From contig JBGATO010000002.1 in NCBI GenBank assembly GCA_044229145.1, positions 1 to 64,000 of the forward strand: DNA of 64,000 bases, given 5' to 3'. Each line of letters opens with the position of its first letter. The first letter of the stretch is position 1. Under the pieces are notes generated by a model. It ran no database searches. It was not told where the DNA came from and saw nothing but the letters and a program-made list of their open reading frames with translations. Position numbers and translations under genes: made by a program. The DNA comes from Candidatus Eiseniibacteriota bacterium (GTDB lineage Bacteria > Eisenbacteria > RBG-16-71-46 > CAZEPH01). Positions 30,150-38,244 of this stretch are shown one piece after another.

Positions 30150-32201
30150 ATGTCTCGGTCCCTCGCGCGAGGCTTTCTGAGTCTCGGTCTCGGGCTGTTG
30201 CTTTGGCCCGCGCTTGCCGCCGCCGCATCGGCGCCGGGCATCAACAAGGGCTACATGGACACCACCTGTCAGCCCTGTAAGGACTTCTACCGCTACGCCG
30301 TCGGCGCGTGGATGGACACCGCCAGCATTCCGGCCGCCTACACCGGCATCGGCGCCGGACGCGAAATGGCGGACCACAACCAGGCCGTCCTCTACAAGGT
30401 GCTCGAGGACGCCAAGGCCAAGGCCGCGACCGAGAAGGACCCGACGCTGAAGAAGGTCGGCGAGTTCTACGCCGTGCTCATGGACTCGACGCGCGCCAAC
30501 GCCGAAGGCATCAAGCCGATTGCCGGCGATCTCGCGGCCATCGACAAGATCGCCAGCAAGGCCGACTTCATCAAGCAGCTCGGCACCTTCAGTCAGTTCG
30601 GCTTGACGCTGCCGTTCCGTTGGGGTTCGGACGCCGATCCCGACAACAGCACGATGAACCTGGCGTCGATGTTCCAGGGTGGCCTCGGCTTGCCGGAGCG
30701 CGACTTCTACTTCCGCACCGATCCCAAGTCGCAGGACCAGCGCGACACCTACGTCAGCTCGATGGCGAAGATGTTCGTGCTGTCCGGCTGGACGCAGGAA
30801 GAGGCGGACGCCAAGGCGAAGGCCGTGATGGCGCTCGAGACGGCGCTCGCCGAGTCGAGCATGTCACGCGTCGCCATGCGCGACCCGCACGCCACCGTGC
30901 ACAAGATGTCGTACGCGCAGATGCAGGCGCTGGCGCCGGCGTTCGACTTCACGTCGTACTTCGCGGCGGCCGGCATGCCGCAGTTGCCGGCGGACTCCAA
31001 GCTGGTGTGGAACGTTGGTGTGCCGATGTTCATGCACGCGGTGAGCACGCAGATCGACGCCACGCCGCTCGACGTGTGGAAGGCGTACTTGCGCTGGAAC
31101 GTCCTGCGTGGCGCCGCCAGCTGGTTGTCGCAGGACTTCTTCGACGTCAACTTCGCGTTGCAGTCGAAGTTCTCGGGCGCCAAGCAGCCACTGCCGCGCT
31201 GGAAGCGTGTCTCGCAGGTGATGGACGGCACGATGGGCGAGGCGATCGGCAAGGCGTTCGTCGCCTCGGAATTCCCGCCGTCCTCGAAGGCGAAGATGCA
31301 GGACATGGTGGCCAATCTGCGCGCCGCCTACCGCGAGCGCATCGCCCAGCTCGACTGGATGAGCGAGACGACGAAGAAGCAGGCGATCGTGAAGCTCGAC
31401 GCGATCATGCCGAAGATCGGCTACCCGGACAAGTGGCGCGACTACTCGGCGCTCGTCATCGACGGTAAGGCCTCGGCGATCGAAAACCTGCGCCACGCGC
31501 AGATGTTCTACGCCAACCTCGATCGCGAGAAGATCGGCAAGCCGGTGGACCGCACCGAGTGGGGCATGACGCCGGCGACGGTCAACGCCTACTACAACCC
31601 GAGCATCAACGAGATCGTGTTCCCGGCCGGCATCTTGGCGCCGCCGCAGTTCGACCCGCGTGTCGACGACGCCATCAACTACGGCGCCATCGGCATGGTG
31701 ATCGGGCACGAAGTGACGCACGGCTTCGACGACCAGGGCCGCCAGTTCGACGCGGTCGGCAACCTGAAGGACTGGTGGACGGATGAGGACGCCACCAAGT
31801 TCAAGGCGAAGGCGCAGATCGTCATCGACCAGTACAACAGCTACGTCGCGGTGGACACGATGCACATCAATGGCGAACTGACGCTGGGCGAGAACATTGC
31901 CGACCTCGGCGGGCTCACCATCGCGTACCACGCGTGGAAGCGCTCGCTGAAGGGCAAGGAGGCGCCGGTGATCGACGGCCTGACCGGCGACCAGCGCTTC
32001 TTCCTTGGCTACGCGCAGGCGTGGCGCCGCAAGAACCGTCCGGAGTCGATGCGCACCGCCGTGCTCACGGACCCGCACTCGTCGGCGCAATGGCGCGTCA
32101 ATGGCCCGGCGTCGAACATGTTGGAGTTCCGCCAGGCGTTCGGTTGCAAGGCGGGCGACGGCATGGTGCGGCCGGACGACGTGCGAGCGCAGATCTGGTA
32201 G
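30150..32201 (+). CDS. M13-family (neprilysin/PepO) zinc metallopeptidase, secreted
   Basis: Signal peptide; VNAYY, GHEVTHGFDDQG, GENIAD, DPHS. Confidence 0.95.
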   Translation: MSRSLARGFLSLGLGLLLWPALAAAASAPGINKGYMDTTCQPCKDFYRYAVGAWMDTASIPAAYTGIGAGREMADHNQAVLYKVLEDAKAKAATEKDPTLKKVGEFYAVLMDSTRANAEGIKPIAGDLAAIDKIASKADFIKQLGTFSQFGLTLPFRWGSDADPDNSTMNLASMFQGGLGLPERDFYFRTDPKSQDQRDTYVSSMAKMFVLSGWTQEEADAKAKAVMALETALAESSMSRVAMRDPHATVHKMSYAQMQALAPAFDFTSYFAAAGMPQLPADSKLVWNVGVPMFMHAVSTQIDATPLDVWKAYLRWNVLRGAASWLSQDFFDVNFALQSKFSGAKQPLPRWKRVSQVMDGTMGEAIGKAFVASEFPPSSKAKMQDMVANLRAAYRERIAQLDWMSETTKKQAIVKLDAIMPKIGYPDKWRDYSALVIDGKASAIENLRHAQMFYANLDREKIGKPVDRTEWGMTPATVNAYYNPSINEIVFPAGILAPPQFDPRVDDAINYGAIGMVIGHEVTHGFDDQGRQFDAVGNLKDWWTDEDATKFKAKAQIVIDQYNSYVAVDTMHINGELTLGENIADLGGLTIAYHAWKRSLKGKEAPVIDGLTGDQRFFLGYAQAWRRKNRPESMRTAVLTDPHSSAQWRVNGPASNMLEFRQAFGCKAGDGMVRPDDVRAQIW

Positions 32202-32218
32202 GGGCGTGATGTCCTGAC

Positions 32219-32254
32219 GAAGCCCCCGGTGCCCGCGTGGCGCCGGGGGCTTTC
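32219..32254 (+). terminator. Intrinsic terminator hairpin
   Basis: AAGCCCCCGGTGCC-cgcgt-GGCGCCGGGGGCTTT. Confidence 0.7.
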
Positions 32255-32382
32255 GCATGCGCGATGGACGCGTGACCCGCCACCTCCGGCCCATTGATCG
32301 CTGCGCCCGATGGCGCACAATCGGCCGCGATCGTGCGGCGGGCCGGCGCCCGCCGGTACCGCGTTCCGTCGCGAGGTGTCCC

Positions 32383-33801
32383 GTGAGCGAGCACCGCACC
32401 ATCATCGAACCGTTCCGCATCAAGGCCGTCGAGCAGCTGCGCTTCACCACCCGCGCCGAACGCGAGGGCTTGCTCCGCAAAGCCCACTACAATCCGTTCT
32501 TGCTCCACGCCGACGACGTCCTGATCGACTTGCTCACCGACAGCGGCACCTCCGCGATGAGTGCCAAGCAGTGGGCCGGGGTCATGGACGGCGACGAATC
32601 CTACGCCGGCTCGCGCAGTTACTTTCACTTCGAGGATGTCGCCGGACGCATCTTCGGCTTCACGCACATCATTCCGGTGCACCAAGGGCGCGCCGCCGAG
32701 CGCATCCTGTTCACCAACCTCTTGAGCGACTTCGGCGAGGATGGCCGCCTGAGTCCGGCCGGCGCCGGCAAGCTGATTCCGTCGAACAATCACTTCGATA
32801 CGACGCGCGCCAACATCGAATTCAACGGCGCCGAGGCGGTCGACTTGGTGATCGAGGAAGGCCGTCACCCCGAGACCCTCCATCCGTTCAAGGGCAACAT
32901 GGACGTCGCCGCACTCGAGGCATTGCTGCGCGAACATGCGTCCGCCGGCCGCGTGCCCGTCGTCATGCTCACCATCACCGACAACACCAACGGCGGCCAG
33001 CCGGTGTCGATGGCGAACATCCGCGCCGTGAGCCAGGCATGCCGCCGTCACGACGTGCCGTTCTTCCTCGACGCCTGCCGCTTCGCCGAGAACGCGTACT
33101 TCATCAAGTTGCGTGAAGAGGGCTATGCGGACCGCAGCGTGCTGTCGATCGCGCAGGAGATGTTCTCCTACGCCGACGGCTGCACGATGTCGGCGAAGAA
33201 GGACGCGTTCGCCAACATCGGCGGCTTCCTGGCGATGAACGACGAGCAACTCTACGAACGCTGCAAGATGCTGCTCATCATCACCGAGGGATTCGAGTCG
33301 TACGGCGGACTGGCGGGGCGCGACCTCGAAGCCATCGCGCAAGGGTTGGAGGAGGTGCTCGACGAGCACTACCTCGCGTATCGTTTGCGCTCCACCGCGT
33401 ACCTCGGCGAGAAGCTGACGAGCGCTGGGGTGCCGATCCTGCAGCCGCCGGGCGGTCACGCCATCTACATCGACGCGCGCCGGTTCTTCGCGCACGTCCC
33501 GGTCGACCACTATCCCGGCCAAGCCGTGGTGGCGGCGATGTATGTCGAGGGCGGCATTCGCGCCGTCGAAATCGGCAGCGTGATGTTCGGCACCTACGAC
33601 GCGCAGGGCGCACTGGTGCCGGCCGCCATGGATTTGGTGCGCTTGGCGATTCCGCGACGCGTCTATACGCAGAGTCACATCGACTACGTCGGCGAAGTGC
33701 TGGCGGAGATCGCGACGAAGCGGACGACGTATCCGGGATTCCGCATCGTCACCGAACCGCGCTTCCTGCGTCACTTCACGGCGACCTTCGCACCCGCGTA
33801 G
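32383..33801 (+). CDS. tnaA: Tryptophanase (tryptophan indole-lyase)
   Basis: EPFRIKAVE, DLLTDSGT, QGRAAE, MSAKKD; TnaA-type residues FDTT, VEIG and LRHFT, not the TPL-type FTTT, ERG and LRFFT. Confidence 0.92.
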   Translation: MSEHRTIIEPFRIKAVEQLRFTTRAEREGLLRKAHYNPFLLHADDVLIDLLTDSGTSAMSAKQWAGVMDGDESYAGSRSYFHFEDVAGRIFGFTHIIPVHQGRAAERILFTNLLSDFGEDGRLSPAGAGKLIPSNNHFDTTRANIEFNGAEAVDLVIEEGRHPETLHPFKGNMDVAALEALLREHASAGRVPVVMLTITDNTNGGQPVSMANIRAVSQACRRHDVPFFLDACRFAENAYFIKLREEGYADRSVLSIAQEMFSYADGCTMSAKKDAFANIGGFLAMNDEQLYERCKMLLIITEGFESYGGLAGRDLEAIAQGLEEVLDEHYLAYRLRSTAYLGEKLTSAGVPILQPPGGHAIYIDARRFFAHVPVDHYPGQAVVAAMYVEGGIRAVEIGSVMFGTYDAQGALVPAAMDLVRLAIPRRVYTQSHIDYVGEVLAEIATKRTTYPGFRIVTEPRFLRHFTATFAPA

Positions 33802-33877
33802 GGCGGCACGCGGCTAGACAGACCGCGCACGAGCACCGATACTGCGGCGCCCACGCCAGGGTCCCCGGAGGTGTCGC

Positions 33878-34597
33878 GTGTCAGATCTCTCGTTCGTGCC
33901 GTATCGTCCGCCGCGCCCACGCGGCGACGATGCGCGGCGTCAACTCGCCGCGTTCCATGCCTCGTTGGAGGCGCGCCGCTCGGTCCGCGAGTTCAGCCCC
34001 GAGCCGGTGCCGCGCGATCTCGTCGAACAATGTGTCCGCGTCGCCAGCACGGCGCCGAGCGGTGCGCACAAGCAGCCGTGGACGTATGTCGCGATCAGCG
34101 ACCCGGCGATCAAGCAGCGCATGCGCGACGCCGCCGAGATCGTCGAACGCGACAACTACGACTGGCGCATGTCGGGCGAGTGGAAGGACGACCTCCGCGC
34201 GCTTGGCACCACGGCCGCCAAACCGCACTTCACCGAGGCACCGTGGATCGTGGTGGTGTTCCAGCAGGATCACGAGGTGCGTCCGGACGGCTCGGTGGGC
34301 AAGCACTACTACGTGACGCAGTCGGTCGGGATCTCGGTGGGCATGTTCCTCGCCGCCGTGCAGCAGGCGGGCTTGGCCGCGCTCGTGCACACGCCGAGTC
34401 CGATGGAATTCCTGCGCGAGCTGCTCCAACGGCCGCGAAACGAGCGGGCCTTCTGCGTGATTCCGCTCGGCTATCCGAGCGATACCTGCATGGTGCCGAA
34501 TCTCACGCGCAAGCCTCTCGAGCGCGTGCTCCTGGTCGATCCGCCCATGCGCGACGTCCACTTCCGCTCCGGCGACGAAGCGGTGGAGGAGCCGTGA
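33878..34597 (+). CDS. Iodotyrosine-deiodinase-like flavoprotein (nitroreductase fold)
   Basis: RRSVR, TAPSGAH.QPW, lid E..ERDNY..RM...W..DL..LGT...K, HYY, HTP, LGYP. Confidence 0.85.
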   Translation: MSDLSFVPYRPPRPRGDDARRQLAAFHASLEARRSVREFSPEPVPRDLVEQCVRVASTAPSGAHKQPWTYVAISDPAIKQRMRDAAEIVERDNYDWRMSGEWKDDLRALGTTAAKPHFTEAPWIVVVFQQDHEVRPDGSVGKHYYVTQSVGISVGMFLAAVQQAGLAALVHTPSPMEFLRELLQRPRNERAFCVIPLGYPSDTCMVPNLTRKPLERVLLVDPPMRDVHFRSGDEAVEEP

Positions 34598-35262
34598 ACC
34601 GCGCGTTCACCCTCGTGACGTTCGACTGCTACGGGACCTTGATCGACTGGGAAAGCGGTATCGCATCGGCGTTCGCGGCGCACGCGGCGCGATGCGGCGT
34701 GCCATGTGACCGCGCGGCCGTGCTCGCCGCGTACGCACGTCACGAACCGCAGGTCGAAGCCGAGTCGTTTCGGCCGTATCGCGACGTGCTCGCGGAGACC
34801 GCACGCCGCGTCTGCGCCGACCTCGCGTGGCCGTGCGAGGACGCCACATTTCTCGCCGAGTCGCTGCCGGCCTGGCAACCGTTCGCCGACACCAACGCCG
34901 CGCTCGAGCGGTTGGCACGTGCCGGCCTGCAACTCGGCATCCTCTCCAATGTCGACGACGATCTGCTCGCAGCCACGCGCCGCCACTTCCCGGTGGAGTT
35001 CGAGGTCATCGTCACCGCGCAACAGGTGCGGTCGTACAAGCCGGCGCCCGGCCATTGGGACGAAGCACTGCGCCGGCGCGGCGGCGACACGCACGGATGG
35101 CTGCACGCCGCGCAGTCGTACTTCCACGACGTCGAACCGTGCGTGGCGCGCGGCCTGCCGGTGGCGTGGGTGAATCGTGGCGGCGAGACGGCGCCGCGCG
35201 CGGCGCGGCCGCTCGTCGAGGTGCCGACGCTCGCAGCGCTTGCCGACTGGCTCGGTGCCTAA
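34594..35262 (+). CDS. HAD hydrolase, haloacid dehalogenase type II-like
   Basis: FDCYGTLIDWE, LSNVD, SYKP, AQSYFHD; GTGA overlap with the upstream stop. Confidence 0.85.
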   Translation: MNRAFTLVTFDCYGTLIDWESGIASAFAAHAARCGVPCDRAAVLAAYARHEPQVEAESFRPYRDVLAETARRVCADLAWPCEDATFLAESLPAWQPFADTNAALERLARAGLQLGILSNVDDDLLAATRRHFPVEFEVIVTAQQVRSYKPAPGHWDEALRRRGGDTHGWLHAAQSYFHDVEPCVARGLPVAWVNRGGETAPRAARPLVEVPTLAALADWLGA

Positions 35263-35264
35263 CG

Positions 35265-37979
35265 TTACCGCAGCGCCGTCACCCGCATCGTGCTGACGCG
35301 GCCCGCCGCGCTCAGCCGCACGACGTAGATCCCCGCGGGCAACGCGGCGGCGCCCGGCGCGCGCAGCGCGAACGGCACGGCGTAGGTGCCGGCGTTGCGC
35401 GAACCGCTCATCAGCGTGCGCACCTTCTCGCCCGCGAGGTTGAAGACGTCGAGTCGCACGTCGCCACGCCGCGGCAACGTGAACGCGATCGCGGTGGCGC
35501 CCACGAACGGCACGGCGCCGACGGCGCGCAGCTGCAACACGGTTGCGTCGCTCTGCGGATGCTCGGCGATCGCGGTCGGCGTGCACGAGCCACACCCCAT
35601 CGTCACCGATTTGATCAGCACGTTGTCCACCCACACGCCGCTCGCGCCCACCGACTGATCGCTCGCCATCGAGAAGCGCGGCTGGAACGTGTGATTGGCG
35701 AGCCCGGCGATGCGCAGGTGTACGTGCTTCCAGCCGCCGCTGTCGCCGGCCCAGCCCTGACGGTCGCCGTTCGAGGTGCCGCCGGTGTTGCGCGTCAAGT
35801 AGTGGTCGTAGCGCTGCGTGAACTCGACGGCGTCGGCGGTCGCGAAGTGTGAACCGCCGCCGTCGACGCTGTATTCGAACGACGCGCCATCGAAGCCGGT
35901 GCGCGCATCTTGCGCTTCGGTGTTGTACCGGACGTCGAAGTCGACGTCGACATACGTCGCGCTGCCGCCGATCGAGAAGGTCGGGCAGTAGATGCGGCCA
36001 AACGTCGACACCGTGCTGTCGCTGGCGAACAGCGCGTTGGGCGCCGACGGCGCGGTGCCGTCGGCGACGCTGCGCCAGTTGAGCACCGCGCACGACGCAC
36101 AGCCGTTGATGCGCGACCATCCTGCCGGCAGGTCCGGCAGCGTGAGTGCGTCGAAAGTTTCGTTGATCAGCGTGGTCGTGCTCGCCACCACGCCGGTGTG
36201 CAGCGCGAATTCCACGTACGTGCTCGCCATGCCGGGCGCGGTGATATCGAGACGGAGCTTCACGTCTTGGCCGCACGGGTAGCCCTCATCGAGCTTGAGG
36301 CTGAATGGCGTCAGGTTGTTGCCGGAGCCGCCGGAGACGATACCGAGTGGATACGCCGAGGCGCCGCCGAGGATGATGACGCCGTCGACGCGCGCACTCA
36401 GCGTCGCCGACACGTTGGACAGCGTGCTGCGACCGATGTTTTGGAGCGGCACCGTGAGTGTGGCGACTTCACCGGCGACCAAGAACCCGTCGTTCGCCGT
36501 GCACCCTTGATCGGTGAACGTGACGCTGCCCGGCCGCACGCGCACCGGCACCACTTGCCCGAGATTCTGCACCAGCGCGCTCAGCGGATCCGCGCCGGTG
36601 CCGATCGCGGTGGGATCGGCAAAGCTGGCCGCCGCCGCATAGGCGTTGAGCGTCGCGGTGGTCGTCGTGGCGTCGATGTAGTCGCCCTGATGCGGCGCGC
36701 CGAAGTTGTTGCCGGACTCGTTGTGCCACGGGGTCGAGTTGACCGGCACGGGCGACGACCACGTCACGCCGAAGTCCGTCGAGTAGGTGTAGAACAGGTC
36801 GGTCCAGTCGTCATTGCCGCTTCCCGCGGACTCGTCGTACCAGAAGACGTCCTCGCGGCCGTTGCTGGCGCACGCGATGGTCGGGAACACCTGCGGACGG
36901 TCGCTGCCGGGAAAGGCGTTGAGCGCGACCGGCATCGACCACGTTTGGCCGCCGTCGCTCGACTTGCAGAAGCTGACGTCCTGGAGATCGCCTGATGTGG
37001 TGCCGTTCTGCGACGCCGCGTGCACGACGACGACATCGCCGTTGACGGGATTGATCGCGACGCTTGGATAGCTGTTGTAGCGGTCGAAGCCGTACGGCGG
37101 CAGTACCTGGCTGTACGTATGCAGCAACGTCGGGCCCTGCCAGCTGGTCCCGTTGTTGGTGGAGCGCGACCCGTAGATCGCGGTCGACGATCCGGAGTAG
37201 CCGAACCACACGATCTGCACACTGTTCGAAATCGACGACACCGCGATGCTCGCGCCCTGGCCGTTGGTGCCGACCGTCGCCGCGGACGACCACGTGGCGC
37301 CCTGGGTGTCCGAGTACGAGACCTTCATCGCGTTGGTGCCGCTGGCCGGGAAGTCGGTCCACACGACGAGCAGACGGCCGGTCTCGGGATCGACGGCGAT
37401 CCATTCCTTGTCGGCGGCGTGATTGAGCACGTTGGCCGGCGTGACCTCGAACGGCCCGGCCCACGTTTGGCCGCCATCGGTGGAACGGTGCACGCAGAGC
37501 GATTGCCGGCTCAGGCTGTTGAGGAAGATCGAGGCGTAGTACCACACCGACGGACCGCCACCAGCCGGCGTGTACACCGCGAGCGCCGGGTCGCCGTAGA
37601 GATTCTTGCCGGTGCCGATCGACAACTGGCCGCCGTCGTGGAACGTCGCCCCGCCGTCGGCGGACCAGTAGACGCCCGAGGTGCTGGTGGCGCCGCGGAA
37701 ATCGTTCGCGCCCATCACGACGGTATCGCCGGCCACCGCGATCGACATCTCGCTCTGAATGCTCGAGAGCGCGAGCGACCCCAGCGTGCCGGCCGGACCG
37801 AGGCGCCGATGCGGCGTGAGACCGGTGAACGGAGCCTCCGTGATCGCGCCGTCGAAGTTCGGAACCGCCGGCTCACGCTGCGGCCGGTTCTGCGGCGACC
37901 ACGCGAACGCGGCGGACGCGGTGAGCACCGCACAGACAACCAAGGCACGGCAGGACACAGCGCGAACGCGACGCAGCAT
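35265..37979 (-). CDS. Secreted BNR/Asp-box propeller + Ig-like + MAM-like + FlgD-like protein (paralog 2)
   Basis: Six S-x-D/N-x-G-x-T/S-W/F boxes; INETFD...GW...GVWVDNV; FNLAGEKVRTL...GIY. Confidence 0.85.
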   Translation of the reverse strand: MLRRVRAVSCRALVVCAVLTASAAFAWSPQNRPQREPAVPNFDGAITEAPFTGLTPHRRLGPAGTLGSLALSSIQSEMSIAVAGDTVVMGANDFRGATSTSGVYWSADGGATFHDGGQLSIGTGKNLYGDPALAVYTPAGGGPSVWYYASIFLNSLSRQSLCVHRSTDGGQTWAGPFEVTPANVLNHAADKEWIAVDPETGRLLVVWTDFPASGTNAMKVSYSDTQGATWSSAATVGTNGQGASIAVSSISNSVQIVWFGYSGSSTAIYGSRSTNNGTSWQGPTLLHTYSQVLPPYGFDRYNSYPSVAINPVNGDVVVVHAASQNGTTSGDLQDVSFCKSSDGGQTWSMPVALNAFPGSDRPQVFPTIACASNGREDVFWYDESAGSGNDDWTDLFYTYSTDFGVTWSSPVPVNSTPWHNESGNNFGAPHQGDYIDATTTTATLNAYAAAASFADPTAIGTGADPLSALVQNLGQVVPVRVRPGSVTFTDQGCTANDGFLVAGEVATLTVPLQNIGRSTLSNVSATLSARVDGVIILGGASAYPLGIVSGGSGNNLTPFSLKLDEGYPCGQDVKLRLDITAPGMASTYVEFALHTGVVASTTTLINETFDALTLPDLPAGWSRINGCASCAVLNWRSVADGTAPSAPNALFASDSTVSTFGRIYCPTFSIGGSATYVDVDFDVRYNTEAQDARTGFDGASFEYSVDGGGSHFATADAVEFTQRYDHYLTRNTGGTSNGDRQGWAGDSGGWKHVHLRIAGLANHTFQPRFSMASDQSVGASGVWVDNVLIKSVTMGCGSCTPTAIAEHPQSDATVLQLRAVGAVPFVGATAIAFTLPRRGDVRLDVFNLAGEKVRTLMSGSRNAGTYAVPFALRAPGAAALPAGIYVVRLSAAGRVSTMRVTALR

Positions 37980-38180
37980 CAGACGATTCCTCCACGACGG
38001 AGACGACAGGCTCTCGGGGGGCAGGGAAGCGATGCGTGGGCGCGGTGGGTGCGCTGCCGGGGCGAGATCGAGAGAAGCATAGCGCGGGGTGCGGGCAGTG
38101 CCTAGTCTGCGCGCCGCGGCGCTCAGCCGTTCTGCGTCAGGCGGCGCAGGGCGAATCGCACGATCGGGCGAAATGCACGA

Positions 38181-38210
38181 GCGGCGCGAGAGCCGAAGCT
38201 CCCGCGCCGC
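38181..38210 (-). terminator. Hairpin with UUCG tetraloop between the paralogs
   Basis: Minus strand GCGGCGCGGGAGC-TTCG-GCTCTCGCGCCGC followed by TCGTGCATTT. Confidence 0.65.
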
Positions 38211-38244
38211 CCGCTGAGGCGTTGCGTTGGTGCCGAAGCGCCGA

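Noticed and set aside
32383..33801. Tyrosine phenol-lyase feeding phenol to the hcr-like enzyme
   Set aside because: The diagnostic residues (FDTT, VEIG, LRHFT) are tryptophanase-type.
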